Part shown: one piece after another, positions 15,653 to 23,513 of the stretch
Position numbering within the stretch: the stretch's first letter is position 1
Layout: the number at the start of each line of letters is the position of its first letter
Sequence record: NC_009452.1
Direction: 5' to 3' (one strand)
DNA length: 23,814 bases
The notes under the pieces: generated by a model
Database searches by the model: none
Told to the model about the DNA's origin: nothing
What the model saw: the letters and a program-made list of their open reading frames with translations, nothing else
Program-made: the position numbers and the translations under genes

Positions 15653-16219
15653 ATGTCCCTAGTCGAGAGTATCAATAAATTTCTATCCTTTGCTGATCAT
15701 GATTTAATTGTATACGACATTATTCTTGGATCTATTTTAGGTGGAATTGGAGTAAGTTTTAATCAAGCTTCNCTTATAGATGATTTTCCGAACATTATTG
15801 AACTTATTATAGGATCTATGATGTTATTAAATAAAGGATTTGAACCATTTTTAAGAAGTCTAGGATTTGTACTCACCGCTGACGGTTTTAGTTCACTTGT
15901 TAATAAGGTATTTACATCAGAAGAATGTAAGAATTGTATACCTTTTGATTGCTTAATTGCGCCACTTCCAGCAGATGTTGTTTATGCTAATTCCGAATCT
16001 AATGATCCTCCATTAATTGCAATAGGTCCTAGAGTTTTCTTTAATTTGCAAAAACCAGAATGTAGAGAGTACTTTGAGAGACTTCAGAAATACAATGAAC
16101 AAAACTTTTATAAACGGTTCATTCATCACAGGTATTTAGGTGAATCTATTGCAATTGATCCAAATCAAAACCAAACAATTAGTGAGTCCGAATTTTCCGA
16201 ATCCACATCCTCTGAATGA
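15653..16219 (+). CDS. ORF188, ORF91b-like TM domain fused to a soluble Cys-containing domain and SE-rich tail
   Basis: Contains GFVLTADG, then CKNCIPFDC, and ends ISESEFSESTSSE. One ambiguous base at 15772. Confidence 0.82.
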   Translation: MSLVESINKFLSFADHDLIVYDIILGSILGGIGVSFNQAXLIDDFPNIIELIIGSMMLLNKGFEPFLRSLGFVLTADGFSSLVNKVFTSEECKNCIPFDCLIAPLPADVVYANSESNDPPLIAIGPRVFFNLQKPECREYFERLQKYNEQNFYKRFIHHRYLGESIAIDPNQNQTISESEFSESTSSE

Positions 16220-16252
16220 TGAATTTCCCGATTTTTTATTATTCAGTAAGAC

Positions 16253-16417
16253 ATGAACTGGAAGACAATTCTCATTTATCTACTTATCTTTGTGGCAGGT
16301 ATTGTAATAGGTAAAATAAGAATTAATGTTAAAATGAACAAAGGTTCTTGCCCAAGAGATCTTATTGATAAATACAAACAACAGTTAAATGACTCCGAGA
16401 GTAGTGATTATCTATGA
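16253..16417 (+). CDS. ORF54, single-TM protein (not in ORF track)
   Basis: MNWKTILIYLLIFVAGIVIGKIRINVKMNKGSCPRDLIDKYKQQLNDSESSDYL. Confidence 0.65.
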   Translation: MNWKTILIYLLIFVAGIVIGKIRINVKMNKGSCPRDLIDKYKQQLNDSESSDYL

Positions 16418-16527
16418 CAGTTGAAGGACTTACTATCCTTAGATCTCCTACATTCCTTACGATTATTGTTCTCTTAATGATAGTATTCGGTATTGCGATA
16501 GTGGCTTTGCTAACGCAATACGTATAA
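16414..16527 (+). CDS. ORF37, single-TM peptide (not in ORF track)
   Basis: ATGA overlap with ORF54; MTVEGLTILRSPTFLTIIVLLMIVFGIAIVALLTQYV. Confidence 0.55.
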   Translation: MTVEGLTILRSPTFLTIIVLLMIVFGIAIVALLTQYV

Positions 16528-16538
16528 GGCGATAATAC

Positions 16539-16685
16539 ATGAGCCTAAAGGAGAAGATTCTTGACAAAGTAGAGGATTTTCTGAAGACAATAATCATTAA
16601 GTACTGGTACATTGACCTAACTATCACAATCTTTGCCTTCTTGATTCTTTACCTAATCGAAAAATTTAGGAAGAATAAGGTATGA
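16539..16685 (+). CDS. ORF48a, single-TM protein (not in ORF track)
   Basis: AAGGCGA SD; ATGA overlap with ORF112; MSLKEKILDKVEDFLKTIIIKYWYIDLTITIFAFLILYLIEKFRKNKV. Confidence 0.65.
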   Translation: MSLKEKILDKVEDFLKTIIIKYWYIDLTITIFAFLILYLIEKFRKNKV

Positions 16686-17020
16686 GTTGTCAGATTTACC
16701 CAAGCCAGATGTGCCCAGGGAAAGCTTACAAGAATTGTAAACTTAACATAATGAATTTCTGGGAAGTCATTTGCATTTACTATTTTGCTTTACAAGGCTC
16801 ATTTTTAGGAATTCTAGTTAACTTACCCATCTTAGTTACCACTTTACCTTTGTTACCCCCCGCATTATTCTTTTACCTAATGTACCTCTTTGCATTGCCT
16901 CTAAAGGACATTTTCAACATTTTCTTCCCATCATTAGATCCTATCCTAATACCAATACTAATCTTCTTTCTAGTAGGAGTCTCCAGGGCAAGACTTAGCA
17001 AAGTATTCAAATGGAGATGA
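16682..17020 (+). CDS. ORF112, Cys-containing hydrophobic membrane protein
   Basis: N-terminal cysteines; LVNLPIL and DPIL motifs resemble ORF166 and ORF346. Confidence 0.78.
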   Translation: MSCQIYPSQMCPGKAYKNCKLNIMNFWEVICIYYFALQGSFLGILVNLPILVTTLPLLPPALFFYLMYLFALPLKDIFNIFFPSLDPILIPILIFFLVGVSRARLSKVFKWR

Positions 17021-17026
17021 TGAATA

Positions 17027-17527
17027 GTGGCGGAGATAGGAGAGTTTTTAAAGAAGTATGCGGGTTTTTGCGGACTTCTACCCCCCTCAGTTGATAACAG
17101 TTTACTTGATTTTCTTGCTAATTTACCTATCATACTAGTATTCCTAATAACCATGCCAGTGAGATTCTTCATTTGTATTTTTGCGGGCTTAGCAAAGGTT
17201 AACCCAATTTGTGTTTTGATTAATCTCTTACCGCCATTGGCAATTGCTATTCCATTTGTTACTGCACAAACTCCGCCAGTTTGTTCAACACAGTGTCAAT
17301 ACTGCCAGTCCGGAAAAGGTGAGTGTTTAAACTATAACCCCACAATTGCAAAGTACTTCACACAGTGTGAAAAACAACTTTCTGTATTGAATAAGATCTT
17401 TTGCCTAGTAGGTATTATTATTGCTGATGTATTGAACCCTATACTAGCTTTCATTAACCCACTTATCTACTTAGCAATACACAAAGTCATTTGCTTAAAC
17501 ACGAACCCATGTATTTGTGGACTGTAA
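17027..17527 (+). CDS. ORF166, Cys-rich membrane protein, paralog of ORF346
   Basis: GTG start; shares DFLANLPIIL and NPILxF..PLxYLA with ORF346. Confidence 0.85.
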   Translation: MAEIGEFLKKYAGFCGLLPPSVDNSLLDFLANLPIILVFLITMPVRFFICIFAGLAKVNPICVLINLLPPLAIAIPFVTAQTPPVCSTQCQYCQSGKGECLNYNPTIAKYFTQCEKQLSVLNKIFCLVGIIIADVLNPILAFINPLIYLAIHKVICLNTNPCICGL

Positions 17528-17537
17528 GGTGATGTAA

Positions 17538-18578
17538 ATGAGTTGTGTTTCACAATCCGCCGGAAGTTTACCCCCATTATGTCAATGGTCAGGTCTTGAA
17601 CCTATTTGTAAGATCCCTCCTAGTCAACAGTTTCAACAAATTCACTGTCCACTAATTACAAAACATAGATCATCAAAACTTTGTGATTTATTACCCCCTG
17701 GAGTAACCGATTCCATCTATGATTTTCTTGCAAACTTACCCATAATACTTTTATTCGTAGCTAGTGTACCCGCCAGATTCATTTACTGTATTGTGTATAA
17801 CTTTCTCTTGAATTTTGATCAGTTTATACTAGGTATTGAATACTCTATCATTAATCCCATTCTAGATTTTTTTACCGCCCCACTCGTTTATTTAGCTGTA
17901 GGACTAACTGATGGTGAAAATAATTCCGCCTTTTCACCTCCCTATTTGATAGGCGTATTAACTGATGCATGCTTACCTGGTATAGTAAGTGGAATCTATC
18001 AAGCAATAGGCGACATCTTCTACACTATTGGTTATGGTATTGGATTTATACTAGGGCTCTTTATTGATCTGTATGACATTATCCTATACTCTATTTGTAC
18101 ATTAGTAACATTTGGATTAACTTTTGGTTTATGCTTATCATACGACATTGTAGGTATCTTCAAAGGTGCCGGAGGATTAAAGTTTACAATCTATCCATTC
18201 TCATTCCTTGCCGGATTATTACAGAATTACATTAATTGTGGATGTGTATTAGGTAGTTATCCAACGGCATACATAATCCTTTGCTTAAACTTTGGCGGTT
18301 CATGTCCAAGTTGTTGTCCATGCGGTGTTGGTTTTACTCCTCCTGCATGCCCAGCAATACCTAATGGCACACCTCCATCACCAGTTAATCTATCAGTTAC
18401 TGGTCAAGGATGCGTAAGTGAGTATCCACACAGCGAAAATGGTTCTGGAGGTAGTGGAGGATCGGGTAGTGGAAGTGGAAGCGGGGGTTCAGGCAGTGGA
18501 GGAAACTCAGGAAGTGGAGGATCAGGTAGTGGAAGTTCAGGTAGTGGAGGAAACTCAGGAAGTGGAAATAATGGTTAA
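17538..18578 (+). CDS. ORF346, Cys-rich multi-TM protein with Gly/Ser-rich tail
   Basis: AAGGTGA SD; many cysteines, hydrophobic segments and a GSGG-type C-terminal repeat. Confidence 0.88.
   Translation: MSCVSQSAGSLPPLCQWSGLEPICKIPPSQQFQQIHCPLITKHRSSKLCDLLPPGVTDSIYDFLANLPIILLFVASVPARFIYCIVYNFLLNFDQFILGIEYSIINPILDFFTAPLVYLAVGLTDGENNSAFSPPYLIGVLTDACLPGIVSGIYQAIGDIFYTIGYGIGFILGLFIDLYDIILYSICTLVTFGLTFGLCLSYDIVGIFKGAGGLKFTIYPFSFLAGLLQNYINCGCVLGSYPTAYIILCLNFGGSCPSCCPCGVGFTPPACPAIPNGTPPSPVNLSVTGQGCVSEYPHSENGSGGSGGSGSGSGSGGSGSGGNSGSGGSGSGSSGSGGNSGSGNNG
18495..18566 (+). repeat. 24-bp direct repeat within the Gly/Ser tail
   Basis: AGTGGAGGAAACTCAGGAAGTGGA at 18495-18518 and 18543-18566. Confidence 0.9.
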
Positions 18579-18661
18579 CAATGTGTCAAACTATCGAATG
18601 GAAGTATTGTATGTAGTAACGTGAACCAGTAAACGAAGTTATTTTAAAATACGGTAAGATA

Positions 18662-20074
18662 ATGAGCTACGCTAACAATAATGGTTCTCTTTCAGTCCCC
18701 CAATACATTTCAACAATTGATCTTACTACAGAAACTAAACCAAAGTTTGTAAAGTACTTCTACTACACAGTCTTCAATTTTGCCAAACAATACACTAACC
18801 CACTTATCTTACCTTTCCCTATAACACTAGAGATAATTTATCATGGAGACATAGACATTGGGGCAAACCTATTCAGTTCAAAAACATTCGCTGTAGAAGA
18901 AGTTAGTGGAAGTAAATTCCACATTAGCGGACAAGGAACCGCTTACTTTTGGTATAGGTATGGTCACATTGACCCCGCTTCATTTGATCTAATAGCTCAG
19001 ACGGCGATTAGTAATAAAGACTGGTTAGTATTAGATGCTATCCTACACACTAGATCATTCATAGAAGCAATTGATTTCCTAGTTAACAATCCACAAACCT
19101 GGACAATTATAGCTGAAGGTTTAGACTGGCAATTGAACGAAATTGGCGCCCGTGACTTATTCGCTTACCTAACAAACAATTCTTACGATACCAGAAAATT
19201 AGCCCAATTCTTGACCATCTTAGCTTACATTGACCCAGACGTTTTAGTTAAAGTAGGAATACCAGTTTACACATGTGATAACCCTAATAAAACCTTTGAG
19301 AAGTACCTAAACTACTTACCCGCCTCTCCATTAGTTCCAATCTACTCTGAATTAAGTGAACAATCCTCTGAGATAAGTGAACTATTCATACAAACTTCTG
19401 AACTTAGTGATGATGTACTTGCCCTAATGGCTCAAATAGTAAAAATCTACTATCAACTCTCAGAACAACAGAGTGAAATTAGTGAACTTAACATTGAGTC
19501 ATTAATACACTCCTCTGAGATAACACAATTATTCTTTATCACTTCAGAACAGAGTTTTCAAATCAGTGATCTCTTTACCGAGACTAGTGAGATAATCTTT
19601 AATCTAGATCAGTTATCCGAAAATCTAATCCTATTTACCAATGCAGGGCAGATAATCAATAATTTTCTAAAAATGGTACACTTATTTAAAGCTGTTCTTA
19701 TAATCCTTAAAATCTTACAACATGCAGTGAAAACTATTGCCCCTGTTAGTGAATTAGGTATACTGACTGATTTAGGACAATTATTAGATAACATTTTAGG
19801 AATGACTAGTGAATCTATCTTTTACTACACTAGTGAACTTGACATTAGAGGAATAATACAAACATTAGTGAATTTGATAAATCAATTGTTAGGAATTAAC
19901 ATAACTTTATCATCAGAATGTTGTGAAGAACAAGAAGAAAAAGAGAAGAAGAAAGAGAAGGAAAAGGAGAAGAAGAAAGAAAAAGATGATGATGATGATC
20001 AACAAAACAATAACAACAATGATCAAAACGGACTAGGATTAGGTCTAGGACTAAATTTTGGACTTAACTTATAA
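18662..20074 (+). CDS. ORF470, large probable virion protein (beta-rich N-terminus, SE-repeat helical middle, low-complexity tail)
   Basis: Repeated LSEQxSEISEL; tail has an E/K run, D run, N run and GLGLGLGLNFGLNL. Confidence 0.9.
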   Translation: MSYANNNGSLSVPQYISTIDLTTETKPKFVKYFYYTVFNFAKQYTNPLILPFPITLEIIYHGDIDIGANLFSSKTFAVEEVSGSKFHISGQGTAYFWYRYGHIDPASFDLIAQTAISNKDWLVLDAILHTRSFIEAIDFLVNNPQTWTIIAEGLDWQLNEIGARDLFAYLTNNSYDTRKLAQFLTILAYIDPDVLVKVGIPVYTCDNPNKTFEKYLNYLPASPLVPIYSELSEQSSEISELFIQTSELSDDVLALMAQIVKIYYQLSEQQSEISELNIESLIHSSEITQLFFITSEQSFQISDLFTETSEIIFNLDQLSENLILFTNAGQIINNFLKMVHLFKAVLIILKILQHAVKTIAPVSELGILTDLGQLLDNILGMTSESIFYYTSELDIRGIIQTLVNLINQLLGINITLSSECCEEQEEKEKKKEKEKEKKKEKDDDDDQQNNNNNDQNGLGLGLGLNFGLNL

Positions 20075-20095
20075 CCAATAATAAGGTGAGTTACC

Positions 20096-20242
20096 ATGGA
20101 AGTTCTCATCTTGATTATAATCTTTCTATTAATTCTCACTTACACAACCTTCAACTTCAAGATTAATTTCGTAATTAATAACAAAGAAGTAACCTTCAGT
20201 GTAAGAGAACATACAACCAGTGAATCCAGTGAATCTTCATGA
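20096..20242 (+). CDS. ORF48b, single-TM protein with SESSESS tail (not in ORF track)
   Basis: AAGGTGA SD; ATGA overlap with ORF88. Confidence 0.7.
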   Translation: MEVLILIIIFLLILTYTTFNFKINFVINNKEVTFSVREHTTSESSESS

Positions 20243-20505
20243 GCAAAAGAACTGTTCACAATTTTGAGAGAGCCGTACATTTAGTTATGGAAGGTGATCC
20301 CTTAGGCTGTGATCTCATTCACCTCTATTACAGTAAAAGTCCTTCACTTAATGCTTTCATAAATTATCTTCTTTGTTTTTATTGCCCATGTAAACCCCCA
20401 CTAGAAGTTTGTTACAAAAGCGTGAAATACTTATACGACACTGAAAAACTTTCTCCAAGTGAATACGCATTCCTTATCGAGAGGTTAAGAAAATGGAACC
20501 ATTAA
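20239..20505 (+). CDS. ORF88, small Cys-containing protein
   Basis: CFYCPC cluster; coupled to ORF48b. Confidence 0.72.
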   Translation: MSKRTVHNFERAVHLVMEGDPLGCDLIHLYYSKSPSLNAFINYLLCFYCPCKPPLEVCYKSVKYLYDTEKLSPSEYAFLIERLRKWNH

Positions 20506-20666
20506 CCCTCCTTATAATTATAGGAGGCGTAATACTTGGAAATGAACTCATTATTAGCCTATCTAGGTCTTACCGTCTACATAATCATAAGATGGCTTAT
20601 CGAAAGCATAAACATAAAACTCAAGAAAATTATGAGACTTTTGCGTCAGATAAAAAGAGAACTTAG
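20493..20666 (+). CDS. ORF57, TM plus basic/His-rich tail (not in ORF track)
   Basis: MEPLTLLIIIGGVILGNELIISLSRSYRLHNHKMAYRKHKHKTQENYETFASDKKRT; overlaps the ORF88 end. Confidence 0.5.
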   Translation: MEPLTLLIIIGGVILGNELIISLSRSYRLHNHKMAYRKHKHKTQENYETFASDKKRT

Positions 20667-20685
20667 AAGTTGTAGAAAAGCTTAA
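20542..20685 (+). CDS. ORF47, TM plus basic tail, overlapping ORF57 in another frame
   Basis: AGGAGG at 20522-20527 upstream; MNSLLAYLGLTVYIIIRWLIESINIKLKKIMRLLRQIKRELRSCRKA. Confidence 0.45.
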   Translation: MNSLLAYLGLTVYIIIRWLIESINIKLKKIMRLLRQIKRELRSCRKA

Positions 20686-20688
20686 ATA
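20675..20688 (+). promoter_or_regulatory. BRE/TATA for ORF150
   Basis: GAAAAG-CTTAAATA, 31 nt before the ATG. Confidence 0.65.
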
Positions 20689-20718
20689 GGATTTTAACAA
20701 TTTATTATTTGAGCAAAC

Positions 20719-21171
20719 ATGGCACAAGTTGAAGAAAAAATCCAGGTAAAAGAAGCATTAGATTTAATAGAAGAAGTTTTTGATAATCTTGAAGATTTAG
20801 TTTTTAACGTTGAAGAAAAAGTAAGGCATAACCCAAACATACCATACCTTTATGATTTTATTGATTCCTTATACAAAGTCGTAGGTACCACTAAGAGTAT
20901 AATCGAATACATAATGGACAACATACAACCCCAAGACATTTACTCCACTTTAGATTTCTATAGGTCATGGTTAGCATACATTCAAAGGTTACTATACGCA
21001 AATCTTAAGGATCTCAACATGACTGAGAATGTAATGGGTACTGTGACTTACATTATCGCTAACTTATACAAATCTTTTAGAGAATTCAAGAAAAATAACG
21101 AGAACAGACAAAACAAAGTTGAAGGTATAGTTCTTAACCCTAATACTCCCATACCCACACGTGAATTATAA
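20719..21171 (+). CDS. ORF150, helical acidic protein
   Basis: Own promoter and downstream pyrimidine tract; amphipathic helices. Confidence 0.85.
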   Translation: MAQVEEKIQVKEALDLIEEVFDNLEDLVFNVEEKVRHNPNIPYLYDFIDSLYKVVGTTKSIIEYIMDNIQPQDIYSTLDFYRSWLAYIQRLLYANLKDLNMTENVMGTVTYIIANLYKSFREFKKNNENRQNKVEGIVLNPNTPIPTREL

Positions 21172-21200
21172 CCTTTTTTCTTTCTTCTCTCCTTCTTCTT
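21172..21200 (+). terminator. Pyrimidine-rich terminator after ORF150
   Basis: CCTTTTTTCTTTCTTCTCTCCTTCTTCTT immediately after the stop. Confidence 0.55.
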
Positions 21201-21204
21201 AACC

Positions 21205-21218
21205 AAAAACTTTAAATA
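21205..21218 (+). promoter_or_regulatory. BRE/TATA for ORF158
   Basis: AAAAAC-TTTAAATA, 33 nt before the ATG. Confidence 0.65.
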
Positions 21219-21250
21219 CTTTTTCTGACTAATTTTTACTCAGACCCAAA

Positions 21251-21727
21251 ATGAATAAAACCCTAATTGGTCATTTAGATGTAAGTTCTTCAAACCTAAA
21301 CAACTTGGCATACAAGATCTACAGTACTATAAAAGGTATGATAGAGAATTTCGACATGGTAGATAAAAGGGCTATTGTTTACATGCTCAAGACATACAAA
21401 GAGGCATTCGAAATAACACTTTCCGATTTCGAGTTTGTACTAAATGAGTTACCCACAGAGGATAAACTGTATCCATACATTGATTACCTGGTAGAGAACT
21501 TAAAATACGGATTTGACGCCTTAGACGAATTAATCTACATTGTTGATAGAGAATTTGATGAAAGGAATGATAACTTCAAGAACTTGATAAAGGAGACATT
21601 GAGTTTCTTGCAAGACATTACCTATTGTGTACATAACTGGATTAAAGAACTTAGAGACATGTTAACAAACACAAACCAGACTGAAGAAGAAGAAAACTCC
21701 AACGATTCCGAATCAGAGGAAGATTAA
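21251..21727 (+). CDS. ORF158, helical acidic protein, paralog of ORF83+ORF64b
   Basis: Aligns with ORF83 (VDKRAIVYMLKTY vs VDKGILINMLRTF) and ORF64b (FDERNDNFKNL vs [11 protein letters not shown]). Confidence 0.87.
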   Translation: MNKTLIGHLDVSSSNLNNLAYKIYSTIKGMIENFDMVDKRAIVYMLKTYKEAFEITLSDFEFVLNELPTEDKLYPYIDYLVENLKYGFDALDELIYIVDREFDERNDNFKNLIKETLSFLQDITYCVHNWIKELRDMLTNTNQTEEEENSNDSESEED

Positions 21728-21767
21728 AATTTTTTCTTTTTATTACTTCTTTTCTTGGTGATCTTGG

Positions 21768-22207
21768 ATGAATGATACGTTTTATTATGAATTAAAAGAG
21801 AATGTCTCTAACCTTAAGAGTCTATCAAAAAAGTTGTACGATTATGTAGATACCTTACTAACTCCCAATTTATCAGTTGATAAAGGTATACTAATCAACA
21901 TGTTAAGAACATTCGCTAATCAAGTTGACATAACTTATTATTATTTCGAATTAGTAGAAACCAAAATCGATTCTGATGATCCCCTTAGCCCAGTTATTAG
22001 TACTTTGAGGGAGTGTTAATGGTTATTGGTAACTCAGTAGATCTTTTAATTGATTTGATAAATGAGAACTTTGATGGTAATGATAACGCTTATAAAAACC
22101 TGGTCAGATACATTCTTAGGTTAATTGATTGTTCGGTCACTGACATACAAGATAGTGTATTCATGTTCAAACAACAATCTGATACTGATGATAGTGAAGA
22201 TAATTGA
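21768..22207 (+). pseudogene. ORF158 paralog split into ORF83 (21768-22019) and ORF64b (22013-22207) by a 1-nt frameshift
   Basis: Adding one T at TGT-TAA (22014-22019) gives a 146-aa ORF that aligns to ORF158 without gaps across the junction. It could be a true split gene or a sequencing error. Confidence 0.7.
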
Positions 22208-22227
22208 TTTTTATAGGTGATTAAGAC

Positions 22228-22581
22228 ATGAGCGAATCTAAAAGAAAGTATTATCTTCCTTATGAAGTTAGACAANACTTTGATGCGGTTGCCGGAAGAA
22301 TAAAATACATGATTTGCCAATTTGAACATGAACATGTAACTGGTCCTTATGACGCCGTTATTTTATTTGATGGATTATTGCTACGATTAAAAGACTTAGC
22401 CGAGAATGATTTCATTGATGAGAGAATTGAGCAAGTAAAGAATGTTTATTACCAAGTAGGAAAGTTCAGTGATAACATTGTATGGAATTATGAAGTACAC
22501 AGATACTATCACCCTGATGAAATTGTTGACTTTATAGAAGTTATTTATGACTCTCTCAAAAAGATTTATGAAATCGAGTAA
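22228..22581 (+). CDS. ORF117, helical acidic protein
   Basis: AGGTGA SD; one ambiguous base at 22276. Confidence 0.8.
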   Translation: MSESKRKYYLPYEVRQXFDAVAGRIKYMICQFEHEHVTGPYDAVILFDGLLLRLKDLAENDFIDERIEQVKNVYYQVGKFSDNIVWNYEVHRYYHPDEIVDFIEVIYDSLKKIYEIE

Positions 22582-22589
22582 GATAAAAG

Positions 22590-22922
22590 GTGATCCGCAT
22601 GATAGAGGAAAACGTAAAAAAATTTAACCAGATTATTGATGATCTACTTGAAAGGTCAAAAAACACCTATGTTTATGATCCTGACATTTACAAAGACATA
22701 CGAAACGCTCAGATCTTTCTTGTAAAGTTTGCTCAGTCTGACATTAATCCGGAGTGTATAGACATTCTACATAAAGCTTTCCAAACGCTTTCTGACGCTT
22801 ATTATGTTGTGAGATGGTATGTCAAACAAGACAAAAGACATGTAGTTAGAGTATTAAAGGAGAAATTCAATACGGCTAAAGACCTAGTCTCCGGTATTAA
22901 CTCTGAGATTTGTGGTGAATGA
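22590..22922 (+). CDS. ORF110b, helical protein (ATG at 22599 likely)
   Basis: AAGGTGA SD overlaps the GTG at 22590. Confidence 0.8.
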   Translation: MIRMIEENVKKFNQIIDDLLERSKNTYVYDPDIYKDIRNAQIFLVKFAQSDINPECIDILHKAFQTLSDAYYVVRWYVKQDKRHVVRVLKEKFNTAKDLVSGINSEICGE

Positions 22923-22978
22923 TCTTAAGATACCAAAAACTTTTTTAACCTCTTTTTCTATTTATTTACTTGATCAAC

Positions 22979-23380
22979 ATGTCCATGAAAGAATTCGTTC
23001 AAAAGTTAGACGAAATTCAAGCCAGTTTTTCTTCCCACTTCCCATTAGTTATCATAAACTCAAACTACAAAATAGACAATGGAATTGTTATTTTCGGTAA
23101 GAAAGGTTGGTTAAGGATTAATGAATCAGTACCGATAATGATTAACTACGGTTCACTCATTTTATTAGACACTCCAAAGAATTACATGGTAGGAGTTTAC
23201 AAAAACGTTAACGGCGGGAGAAAAATTAAATCCTATTCACCTTCCAGGTCACAGAAAGCTTTAAATAATCCCAGTAAGATAAGAACAAAACAGACAAACA
23301 ATGATACAACAATCCAACAATCCAATAACACAACAAGCACAAACACAAAACCTAGCTCAAACACAAACACTCAACAATAA
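22979..23380 (+). CDS. ORF133, hypothetical protein whose last ~51 aa are encoded by the ITR
   Basis: Alpha/beta N-terminus; crosses the ITR boundary at 23225 and ends in an N/T/Q-rich tail. Confidence 0.75.
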   Translation: MSMKEFVQKLDEIQASFSSHFPLVIINSNYKIDNGIVIFGKKGWLRINESVPIMINYGSLILLDTPKNYMVGVYKNVNGGRKIKSYSPSRSQKALNNPSKIRTKQTNNDTTIQQSNNTTSTNTKPSSNTNTQQ

Positions 23381-23513
23381 TACCCACTCACAAACCGAAA
23401 GTTTTTTAAACCTTTACCACACACATTATAACCAGAGACACATGACAACAACTCATGACACAAATACCAAAAAGCTTAAATACCAGTTTCACACAATACA
23501 TTCACAGAGAATC

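Noticed and set aside
16873-19794. ORFs 16873-17172 (-), 18418-18624 (+) and 19609-19794 (-)
   Set aside because: Shadows of ORF112/166, the GS repeat (read as VEVE) and ORF470.
15772-22276. Ambiguous bases at 15772 and 22276
   Set aside because: Sequencing uncertainty rather than biology. They do show that single-base anomalies (termini, frameshift, premature stop) need resequencing.
22090-23100. ORFs 22090-22335 (-) and 22912-23100 (+)
   Set aside because: They overlap better-supported genes and span intergenic promoter or terminator tracts.
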